Positions 23,379 to 31,196 of a DNA stretch of 32,000 nucleotides are shown here, in pieces. The DNA is from Candidatus Saccharimonadota bacterium (GTDB lineage Bacteria > Patescibacteriota > Gracilibacteria > UBA1369 > 2-02-FULL-48-14), in NCBI GenBank assembly GCA_041661045.1, contig JBAZVE010000001.1, positions 1,170,001-1,202,000 of the forward strand, read 5' to 3'. The notes under the pieces were generated by a model, which had not been told where the DNA came from, did no database searches, and saw only the letters and a list, made by a program, of their open reading frames with translations. How positions within the stretch are numbered: position 1 is the stretch's first letter; every line of letters starts with the position of its first letter. The position numbers and the translations under genes were made by a program.

Positions 23379-25025
23379 TTAATTCAGTGTCCATAAATGG
23401 ATGGTGGAGAACCGGTCTTTAGGAAGCAGGAGTTTATCGAATTCCACTCCGGTGACTTTGGTGTCCACCAAATAGTAATAACTGGGAGTGTAAAGGAAAA
23501 CGGCAGGGACATCGGCGGCGATGGTTTCTGCCAAATCCTGCAAAAGCTCCTGTTTCTTTTCCTCATCAAAGGATCCGCGAATGCTTTCGATTAAGAAATC
23601 TGCTTCCGGATTGATGTAGTTGGATAAATTGAGTCCCGTTTCACTCACTTGGCTGGAATGCCAATATGCAAAAGTATCCTGGTTGTATCCCAGGCTTTGC
23701 CCATAAAGCAAAATATCATAATCCCGTGTTTTTATTTTTTCTTCCAAGACTTCCAATGGGTAGGACTCTACCGTCACCTCCACGCCAATGGCGCCCAACT
23801 GTTCTACGATCAGGTCCGCAGTGAGCTGCCCCACTTCTTCTTGCAGGGCGTTTTCCACCCCAAAGTCCCTTCTTAAAAGTCTCAGTGAGAAGCTTTCGCC
23901 CTCTTCGTTGCTACGAACGGTTGCCCCTTCTTCCAGCTTCCATCCCGCATCAAAAAGTGCACCTTGCGCCTCATTGGTATCTGCCGCAAAGAGCCATTCT
24001 TCCTGATTCAATTCCAAAAGAGGGGTGTCGATTCGAACGCGATAATTGATGGCTTCCAAAATCTCCTCTTTATCGATTGCCTTTGAAATGCCAAGTCGTT
24101 CTTTGTTTTTTGATAGAAAGGGTGCATCGGTGTTGAAGAATAGCGCGGTATACTGAGGGAGTTCATACTGATAAGTCACCAGGTTGTTGAGATTCATTTC
24201 ATCCAAAAGACTCTGACGGATTCGAGCGGCTCCATTCCACACTGATCGATTGTTTACCAGCTCTTGTGCGCTTGGGTAAGCCACAAAACGGAGTTTTTCG
24301 ATTTGTGGGAGGTTTCCATAGTATTGGGGAAATATTTCTAAAGAAACGGAAGTGGAGCCATCCCCATTGATTTCGTAAGGAGAAAGCACTTGATAGGGGC
24401 CGGTTCCTACGGGAAGTTGATTGAAATCGTGAGTATCGAGTTCGGCGACGGGAACTTCGCCCAAAAGGTGTTCCGGCAAGAGTCCAACGGCCAAACTGGT
24501 GAAGAAGAAGGAATTGGGAGAGCTGAGGGTGAAGCTGACCGTACGGGTGTTGACCTGCTCGATTTTAACGCCCTCAAAGTTTGATTTTAAGATAGGGTTG
24601 TCGAATTCCGGACTTTGAATCACTGTGGCATAGGTGAAGAAGATATCATCCGCCGTCACTTCTTCGCCATCGTGCCAAAATACATTGTTTCTTAAGGTGA
24701 AGGTGTATGTCAGTTGATCTTCACTCAAGGTGTGAGTGGCAATGTCTTCATCAAATGTCCCCGTGAGGGCATTGTATCGCACCAAACCTGAAAAGATCAG
24801 GCTGGAGATGTCGGTGTCCGCCTCGCTGAATTCCGTGAACACAGGGTTGAGATGGGTGATTTCGCCCACTAGACCCTCACTATAGCTTTTTTGAGTGCTT
24901 CCAAATTGGGCATCGGTCCAGAACAGGATGGAAAGCGTGCTCAGGACAAAAACGGTGAGCATGAAAAGACTGAGCACCTTTTCCTTACGCGTGAAGGAAC
25001 GAAGTGTTCTAAAAAATAGATTCAT
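23379..25025 (-). CDS. Family 5 (peptide/nickel, OppA/DppA-like) solute-binding protein, membrane-anchored
   Basis: 548 aa. N-terminal uncleaved-looking TM helix (VLSLFMLTVFVLSTLSILFW) and an SBP_bac_5-like body. No transporter genes adjacent. Confidence 0.78.
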   Translation of the reverse strand: MNLFFRTLRSFTRKEKVLSLFMLTVFVLSTLSILFWTDAQFGSTQKSYSEGLVGEITHLNPVFTEFSEADTDISSLIFSGLVRYNALTGTFDEDIATHTLSEDQLTYTFTLRNNVFWHDGEEVTADDIFFTYATVIQSPEFDNPILKSNFEGVKIEQVNTRTVSFTLSSPNSFFFTSLAVGLLPEHLLGEVPVAELDTHDFNQLPVGTGPYQVLSPYEINGDGSTSVSLEIFPQYYGNLPQIEKLRFVAYPSAQELVNNRSVWNGAARIRQSLLDEMNLNNLVTYQYELPQYTALFFNTDAPFLSKNKERLGISKAIDKEEILEAINYRVRIDTPLLELNQEEWLFAADTNEAQGALFDAGWKLEEGATVRSNEEGESFSLRLLRRDFGVENALQEEVGQLTADLIVEQLGAIGVEVTVESYPLEVLEEKIKTRDYDILLYGQSLGYNQDTFAYWHSSQVSETGLNLSNYINPEADFLIESIRGSFDEEKKQELLQDLAETIAADVPAVFLYTPSYYYLVDTKVTGVEFDKLLLPKDRFSTIHLWTLN

Positions 25026-25246
25026 TGAACGAAGTTAAGAGAGAGTGAAAGAACTAAAAATAGAACAATCATTCCAACGGTAGCTTGGGCAAGTACTCGT
25101 TCCGCTCCCCTTTTCTTGGTTTGAATTGCTCCACCTCCAACCCCTGCAATTCCTTCCCCAAGACCGCTTCCGCGTTCCTGAATAAGAATTAAGATGGCCA
25201 GGAGAATGGATACGATGATCTGTGCGATGAGAAGTGCGGTTTGCAT
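25022..25246 (-). CDS. secG: Preprotein translocase subunit SecG
   Basis: 74 aa, two TM helices with a Gly-rich loop (LIQERGSGLGEGIAGVGGG). Confidence 0.85.
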   Translation of the reverse strand: MQTALLIAQIIVSILLAILILIQERGSGLGEGIAGVGGGAIQTKKRGAERVLAQATVGMIVLFLVLSLSLNFVQ

Positions 25247-25274
25247 AATTATATTGGATATGGCTTACGCCGTG

Positions 25275-25640
25275 TTATTCGTCTTTCAAGAACCAGTGAA
25301 TCAGCCAATTGGCTAAGCCAAAGATAACGGCTGCGAGCAGATAGGTCAAGACCCCATCCACTTCCAAATTTACCCCTTCAAAATCTAAAACTTCCAAAAT
25401 CGCTTCCGACAGGTAGAGCATCAGGGCGTTCAGTACGATGAGGAAGAGCCCACCTGTTATGAAAACCAGAGGAAAGGCCAGGAGCTTTAAAATGGGCTTG
25501 AGGATAAAGTTGAGGACGGTAAGGATTATGGCCACAATCAGTGGAGCCACCCACCCCCCTTCAAAAACGAATCCGTCCAGAAGCTTGCTCACCAGGAATA
25601 GGGCGAGAGCGTTGGCCAAAATGGTGATGAGCATTCTCAT
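25275..25640 (-). CDS. YvlD / Phage_holin_4_2 (DUF360) family membrane protein
   Basis: 121 aa, four TM helices. Contains LNFILKPILKLLAFPLVFITGGLFLIVLNALML. Confidence 0.75.
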   Translation of the reverse strand: MRMLITILANALALFLVSKLLDGFVFEGGWVAPLIVAIILTVLNFILKPILKLLAFPLVFITGGLFLIVLNALMLYLSEAILEVLDFEGVNLEVDGVLTYLLAAVIFGLANWLIHWFLKDE

Positions 25641-25644
25641 AAAT

Positions 25645-28600
25645 TTATGGGTTGATTCTTTTGATACCTACTTTAGCAGAAATTCCGTCGATTTCGATCT
25701 TTTTTTCGAGGTCCCCATCCAAATTTCCCTTTTGTGAAAGCTCTTCGGCAAGCGTTTCTTCTTTAATGCTATCTGCAAAACGGGTCACCGCTTCCTCCAA
25801 TTGTCCACTGGTCTCGATTAAAAGCTGAATGTGATCGCTCACTTCAAAGTTGGCTTCTTTCCGCATGTCTTGTACGACGCGGATGAGTTCACGCATCAAG
25901 CCTTCCAGATACAAGTCATCGCTTATTTCCGTATCCAGACTCACCACGATGCCATCTTCAGACTCAATATCCACTCCTTCCTTGCCTTTGTAGGCCAGCT
26001 CAAGCTCTTCCGGCTCCAAAGAGTAACCCGCCACTTCCACTTTTCCGTCTTTTGAGACCGTGAAGTGACCGGCCTTGGCCTCTTGAATGATTTTTTGCAC
26101 CTCCTTCCCATATTTTGGGCCCAGGAGTTTTGCGTTGGGTATGGCCACAAAATCCGCGACTTCGCCCGGATCTTTGAGCAATTCGAGCTCTTTTACATTC
26201 AATTCTTCCAGAATCACCTCTTTTTGCAGAAGAACCACTTTTGGATCAATGGAATGTGGCAAACCCACCACCACTTTGGAGAGCGGCTGGCGAACACGAA
26301 TTTTCTTTTTTCCACGAATGGCGTGCCCCAAATTCACGATTTGTCTTGCCAGAGCCACTTCCTGATTGAGTGCGGTATTGATGAGTTTTTTATCGGCCTT
26401 TGGCCAATCCGTAAGGTGCACGGACTCTTGGTTGGTGAGATTGCGGTATATTTCATCCGAGATGAACGGCATGAACGGTGCAAGCAGTTGAGAAAATTGC
26501 ACCAAGACCGTGTGCAGGGTTTGATAGGCCTCCCATTTATCGGCATCGTTTTCCGATTTCCAGAAACGGCGGCGGCTGCGACGAATGTACCAATTTGAAA
26601 GATGATCCACAAATTCCACCATGGGTCGTGTGGCTTTGGTGAGATTATAGTCTTCCATATTTTGGGTCACTTCTTCGGTGAGCGTATTGAGGTAAGAGAG
26701 AATCCATTGATCGAGTTTGTGCTTGGGCTCAAATGGCGCGTCTTGCGCTTCGAACTGATCGATGTTGGCGTAGGTCACGAAGAAACTGTAGGTATTCCAG
26801 AGTGTGAGCGTGAATTTTTTAAGCAGGTCATCCACATGTTGTTCGGAAAATCGTACATCTTCAGCGAGCGGCGCGGTGGAGGTGTATAGAAACATGCGCA
26901 CAGTATCGACGCCCTTTTCCTCAAAAAGAAGATTGGGATCCGGATAATTTTTTTTGCGTTTGGAAAGTTTTTCTCCGTCGGCTGCGAGTAAAATTCCATT
27001 CACAATCACATTCTTAAAGGCAGGCTCATCAAAGAGAATGGTGGCAAGTACATGCAGGGTGTAGAACCAGCCGCGGGTTTGGTCGAGCCCTTCGGCGATG
27101 AAATTGGCCGGGAAGTTTTTTTCAAATTCCTCCTTGTTTTCAAAGGGGTAATGCAGCTGCGCGTAGGGCATGGCACCGGATTCAAACCAGCAGTCCAGGA
27201 CCTCTGAAATACGAGTCATGGGGCTGGAACAATCCGGACAAGTAAGTTTGATTTCATCGATATAAGGTTTGTGCAAGTCCAGTTCTCCATCACGAGTGGG
27301 CAGCTTGCCACCGCTCATTTTTTTGAGCTCTTCCACGGAACCGATGCAGACTTGTTTCTCACAAGAATCACAGGTCCAAATGGGCAATGGAGTTCCCCAA
27401 AAACGATTTCTGGAAATGTTCCAGTCTCGCACGGTTTCCAGCCATTTTCCAAAGCGCCCGTCTTTAATGTGGTCGGGCTGCCAGTGAATTTTTTGATTGT
27501 TTTTCTGAAGCCGCTCTTTGATTTCCGTCACGCGAATGAACCAAGCCTTGGTGGCGTAGTTTAAAAGTGGCGTGTCGCAGCGCCAACAGTGCGGATAACT
27601 GTGACGGAAGTTTTCTTTTTTAAAGAGCAGGCCATTTTCCTCGAGCCAGTCGGCGATGGCGTTTTCTTGGCCTTTTACAAATTTCCCGGCCCAAGGTAAG
27701 ACCTCTTTTTCAAAATGGCCGTTCATCCCCACATGTTGAATCACCGGCAGCCCCTCAGCCTTCCCCGCAAGATAATCGTCTTCTCCATAACCCGGGGCGA
27801 TGTGAACGATTCCCGTTCCATCTTCAGTCGTTACAAAATCGGTTGCAATGACGCGCCAGGCGGTTTCGATCCCCGGAAGATCGGCATTTTCATAATAGGA
27901 GAAAAGCGGTTCGTATTTTTGTCCGACCAAATCGGCTCCTTTCATTTCTTTTTCGATGGTGAGCCCGTCCATGTCAAAATGTTTTTCAAGCAAGGCTTTG
28001 GCCAGAATAAACGATTTCCCCTCTTTGGAGATCTGTACATAGTCGATCTCCTTGCCCACCGCGAGCGCGACATTGCCGGGGAGTGTCCAGGGTGTTGTGG
28101 TCCAGGCCAAAAAGTAAAGGTTGCTGTTTTCTTTGCTTCGAAACTGCGCGGTCACCGTGAGGTCCGTGACATCTTTGTAGCCCTGGGATACTTCAAAGTT
28201 TGAAAGCGGCGTGCTGCAACGAGGGCAAACATGCATGGACTTAAATCCCTGGTACATCATTCCCTTTTCCCAAATCTGCTTAAAGACCCACCAGATGGAT
28301 TCCATGTAATTGGCGTCCAGCGTGGCGTAGCCGTTTTCGGTGTCCACCCAGCGAGCGATTCGTTCGAAAAGGCCGCCCCACTGCTCCGTATAACGGAAGA
28401 CACTTTCACGACACTTGGTGTTGAATTTTTCCACACCGAGTTTTTCAATATCTTTTCTTCCGCTCAGTTCGAGTTCTTTTTCAATCTCATATTCTACCGG
28501 TAGACCGTGACAATCCCAACCGTTCACGCGCGGTACGAAAAAGCCCTGCATGGTCTGGTAGCGCGTCACGGCATCTTTGAGCGAAAGGGCCATGATGTGG

Positions 28601-28770
28601 CCGTAATGCGGAAGTCCGTTGGCAAAAGGCGGCCCATCAAAGAACACGAATTTTGGCTTCCCTTTGCGCTGTTCCACACTTCGTTCAAAAATATTTTTCC
28701 GTTTCCAAAACTCCATGTGCTTATGCTCAATTTCAGGAAGGTGCGTTTTGGAATCGACGGGACGATACAT
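25645..28770 (-). CDS. ileS: Isoleucyl-tRNA synthetase, eukaryote-like type 2
   Basis: 1041 aa from ATG 28770. HIGH-type motif PHYGHI, KMSKS-type motif KLSKRKKNYPDP, and a CP1 editing insert. The 50-codon N-terminal extension in the ORF track is not IleRS-like. Confidence 0.95.
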   Translation of the reverse strand: MYRPVDSKTHLPEIEHKHMEFWKRKNIFERSVEQRKGKPKFVFFDGPPFANGLPHYGHIMALSLKDAVTRYQTMQGFFVPRVNGWDCHGLPVEYEIEKELELSGRKDIEKLGVEKFNTKCRESVFRYTEQWGGLFERIARWVDTENGYATLDANYMESIWWVFKQIWEKGMMYQGFKSMHVCPRCSTPLSNFEVSQGYKDVTDLTVTAQFRSKENSNLYFLAWTTTPWTLPGNVALAVGKEIDYVQISKEGKSFILAKALLEKHFDMDGLTIEKEMKGADLVGQKYEPLFSYYENADLPGIETAWRVIATDFVTTEDGTGIVHIAPGYGEDDYLAGKAEGLPVIQHVGMNGHFEKEVLPWAGKFVKGQENAIADWLEENGLLFKKENFRHSYPHCWRCDTPLLNYATKAWFIRVTEIKERLQKNNQKIHWQPDHIKDGRFGKWLETVRDWNISRNRFWGTPLPIWTCDSCEKQVCIGSVEELKKMSGGKLPTRDGELDLHKPYIDEIKLTCPDCSSPMTRISEVLDCWFESGAMPYAQLHYPFENKEEFEKNFPANFIAEGLDQTRGWFYTLHVLATILFDEPAFKNVIVNGILLAADGEKLSKRKKNYPDPNLLFEEKGVDTVRMFLYTSTAPLAEDVRFSEQHVDDLLKKFTLTLWNTYSFFVTYANIDQFEAQDAPFEPKHKLDQWILSYLNTLTEEVTQNMEDYNLTKATRPMVEFVDHLSNWYIRRSRRRFWKSENDADKWEAYQTLHTVLVQFSQLLAPFMPFISDEIYRNLTNQESVHLTDWPKADKKLINTALNQEVALARQIVNLGHAIRGKKKIRVRQPLSKVVVGLPHSIDPKVVLLQKEVILEELNVKELELLKDPGEVADFVAIPNAKLLGPKYGKEVQKIIQEAKAGHFTVSKDGKVEVAGYSLEPEELELAYKGKEGVDIESEDGIVVSLDTEISDDLYLEGLMRELIRVVQDMRKEANFEVSDHIQLLIETSGQLEEAVTRFADSIKEETLAEELSQKGNLDGDLEKKIEIDGISAKVGIKRINP

Positions 28771-28780
28771 ATGTGTGGCT

Positions 28781-28809
28781 ATTCTAGGAATAAAGGGTGT
28801 TCTGAGCAA
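28781..28809 (-). promoter_or_regulatory. Sigma70-like promoter for ileS
   Basis: Minus strand reads TTGCTC (28809-28804), a 17-nt spacer, then TAGAAT (28786-28781). Only 10 nt to the ATG, with no SD sequence. Confidence 0.45.
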
Positions 28810-28901
28810 GAGCTGTTTACTTATGGATATTGAATGGCTTTTAAAAAACCGCCTTGCGTTGTCACATTTGATACTTTTTCTCGCACTGAATCCCCTTTCA
28901 T

Positions 28902-29744
28902 TTATACCAAGGCAAAGCAATCAATAGTGGCCTTAGTGGGGTATTTATAAGTTTGGTAGTGCCCACCCTTATCTTGATGCGACTGAAGATCCCTAGAACC
29001 TGGGGGCGTATGGCTTGCCATACTTATATCCTCCAGCGTTATTCCAAATCTACAATCCTCCATCCAATCATTATCCCTCGAAGCTGTCTTCCAGTGGCTT
29101 GGCGTAACAAAACATAGAAGTGGCACCTCTGGAGGTATACCGCTACCTATTCTCGTATTTGCCCTAATTCCTGCTTTTCCATCGAAACAGTATGTATGAT
29201 GTGCGAGACTCAGATGAGGTCTCCCATTATGGTCGTAAATCAGTGGAATATTTTGTTTAGGGGCTATTTCCTCTGGACCCATTTGTCTGGGGAAAAGTGC
29301 TCTTGTGGGCAATGAGCCTGTATATTCTGGGAAGCCGGTGTCTCTCACAAACACCCCTCGTTTACCCAAGCTTTTGATGATCTCCTCAAGGGGGCTATCT
29401 CCTTGTTGGCCCATGAATAACCCCGACCTTGTAATAGCAAAGAGGTCACGAATAGCGTCAGCAACTTCTTGGTCTACTGGGGTTCTTTTTAAGCTTTGGG
29501 TTATTCTACTCCTACCTGAATCCCTCTGTGGAGACAAGTCCTGAAGACCCCTCACATTGCATATCCTTTGCCGAAATAGATGGCGCGCGCTAGTTGTGGT
29601 ACCGTTATCAGCGGACCCCTCTTCCCAATGCTCTCCATCCATGAGAACTGCATCTAACTGCTTTTCGACTTCACAAGCTCTTTCCCCGAGCAGTCTAAGA
29701 TTTTCTTTGATTTCAGCTTCAACTGGGGTCTGTGCATCCGTCAT
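28902..29744 (-). CDS. Hypothetical protein (280 aa), no family recognised
   Basis: 843-nt ORF with ATG start, flanked by unusually long spacers (131 and 121 nt). Soluble and charged, with no TM helix or signal peptide seen. Confidence 0.6.
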   Translation of the reverse strand: MTDAQTPVEAEIKENLRLLGERACEVEKQLDAVLMDGEHWEEGSADNGTTTSARHLFRQRICNVRGLQDLSPQRDSGRSRITQSLKRTPVDQEVADAIRDLFAITRSGLFMGQQGDSPLEEIIKSLGKRGVFVRDTGFPEYTGSLPTRALFPRQMGPEEIAPKQNIPLIYDHNGRPHLSLAHHTYCFDGKAGIRANTRIGSGIPPEVPLLCFVTPSHWKTASRDNDWMEDCRFGITLEDISMASHTPPGSRDLQSHQDKGGHYQTYKYPTKATIDCFALV

Positions 29745-29828
29745 AAATTAGCTTGAAGGAATAGAAGACTGCATCTTCCCCCCAAGAATAAAATTCGTCA
29801 ATGGAAGAAAGATTTATTTGTCAGTGGA

Positions 29829-29855
29829 TTGACGCCATGTTAACTTTTGTAAAGT
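29829..29855 (+). promoter_or_regulatory. Candidate promoter for the aminotransferase gene
   Basis: TTGACG (29829-29834), a 15-nt spacer, then TAAAGT (29850-29855). 10 nt to the ATG at 29866. The spacer is shorter than optimal. Confidence 0.3.
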
Positions 29856-29865
29856 TACCTTACCT

Positions 29866-31191
29866 ATGCGTCACAATCCCTCCAATCCTCAAGTCAGCCT
29901 GCTGCGATATGAAATTCGTGAAATTGTGGATTTTGTGCAGAAATTGCAGGAGCTGAATCCGGCGCTGGTCATTGAAAACGAAAATATTGGAGATCCGGTG
30001 GCCAAGGGTTGGCCCATTCCACCTTTTTTAAAAGATTTGATTCGCACGGAAATTGAGATTCCCGGGGATAAAGTTTTTGGCTACACCCATTCCCGCGGGC
30101 ACATTGAAACGCGCAAATGGATCACACAATACTGCAAACGGTTCTCTCCAAGTGTGGATTTGGACTACGAAAATGTGCTGATCACCAGCGGGCTTGGAGC
30201 CGGAATTTCTGCGCTGTACCACATGCTCCCCAAAGGGCTTCGCATCCTACAGCCGAGCCCCTCTTACCCCACGCACGCGTCCATGGAATCTTTTGCGGCC
30301 GGTGCGGATCCCATTTTATACAAACTGGATCCCCTCAATAATTGGCAGCCCGATCTTGCGGATATGGAGGCTCAAATTGTGGCGCATCCGGAAGTGATTG
30401 GAATTTTGCTCATCAATCCCAACAACCCCACCGGAGCCATTTACAGCAAAGAGACCTTGGAAAAAGTGATTGCCTTAGCCAAAGCCCACGGACTGATGAT
30501 TTTTTCGGATGAGATTTATTTCCGATTGGTTTACAACGATATGAACTTTGTTTCCATCACGGAATTGGCGCACGAGCAGGTGCCTTTGGTGGTGATGCGC
30601 GGCCTCTCCAAAGATGTGCCTTGGCCTGGCGGCCGCTGCGGTTGGCTGGAATTTCATGGCACTCACTTGGATAAGGATTATAAGGATTATGTGGACTCGG
30701 TAAAAAAACGCGTGTTGATGGAAGTGTGCAGCGTGACCCTGCCTCAGTTTTTGCTCCCCAAAATTTATGAGCATCCGGATTTTGAAACTTGGCTTCACTC
30801 CTACAATGCACATTTGGAGGAGAACAGCCGGATCATTGCGGAAATTTTATCTGGCGTGAAGGGGCTCACGGTGAATCGCACCAATGGAGCTTTTTACATG
30901 ATGCCGATTTTTGAAGAGGGCGTGCTGAAGCCCGGTCAAACCCTGCCGATTGAGCATGAAGGCGTGCGCAAATTTGTAGAAGAAAAGACGGCGAATCCGG
31001 ATCTTCCGCTGGATAAACGATTTGTGTATTACCTCTTGGCGAACACCGGCATTTGCAGCGTTCCCGCCAGCAGTTTCTTTAGCCCGCACCTGGGCTTCCG
31101 CATCACCACTCTGGACTATCACCCCGACCGCCTCAAAGAGATCTACGAAAAACTGGCGAGGGCGATTGAGGGGTATTTGGCGAGCTGCTAG
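29866..31191 (+). CDS. PLP-dependent class I aminotransferase (alanine/aspartate aminotransferase-like)
   Basis: 441 aa. Contains INPNNPTGA and the PLP-lysine block SKDVPWPGGRCGW. Confidence 0.85.
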   Translation: MRHNPSNPQVSLLRYEIREIVDFVQKLQELNPALVIENENIGDPVAKGWPIPPFLKDLIRTEIEIPGDKVFGYTHSRGHIETRKWITQYCKRFSPSVDLDYENVLITSGLGAGISALYHMLPKGLRILQPSPSYPTHASMESFAAGADPILYKLDPLNNWQPDLADMEAQIVAHPEVIGILLINPNNPTGAIYSKETLEKVIALAKAHGLMIFSDEIYFRLVYNDMNFVSITELAHEQVPLVVMRGLSKDVPWPGGRCGWLEFHGTHLDKDYKDYVDSVKKRVLMEVCSVTLPQFLLPKIYEHPDFETWLHSYNAHLEENSRIIAEILSGVKGLTVNRTNGAFYMMPIFEEGVLKPGQTLPIEHEGVRKFVEEKTANPDLPLDKRFVYYLLANTGICSVPASSFFSPHLGFRITTLDYHPDRLKEIYEKLARAIEGYLASC

Positions 31192-31196
31192 ACGGA

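Noticed and set aside
25275-25640. Holin-family gene as evidence of a prophage
   Set aside because: The Phage_holin_4_2/YvlD family is widespread as a chromosomal membrane protein. No endolysin, capsid, terminase, integrase or att-like repeats are nearby, and the gene sits between secG and ileS.
26065-28203. Plus-strand ORFs (177 aa at 26065-26598 and 162 aa at 27715-28203) antisense to ileS
   Set aside because: They lie entirely within the well-supported ileS gene and show no recognisable motifs, so they are shadow ORFs.
28771-28920. 50-codon N-terminal extension of ileS, and a possible T-box leader
   Set aside because: IleRS similarity begins at MYRPVDSK, and a good promoter sits inside the extension. 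The 131-nt spacer is too short for a T-box and shows no specifier or T-box-like conserved sequence that I could recognise.
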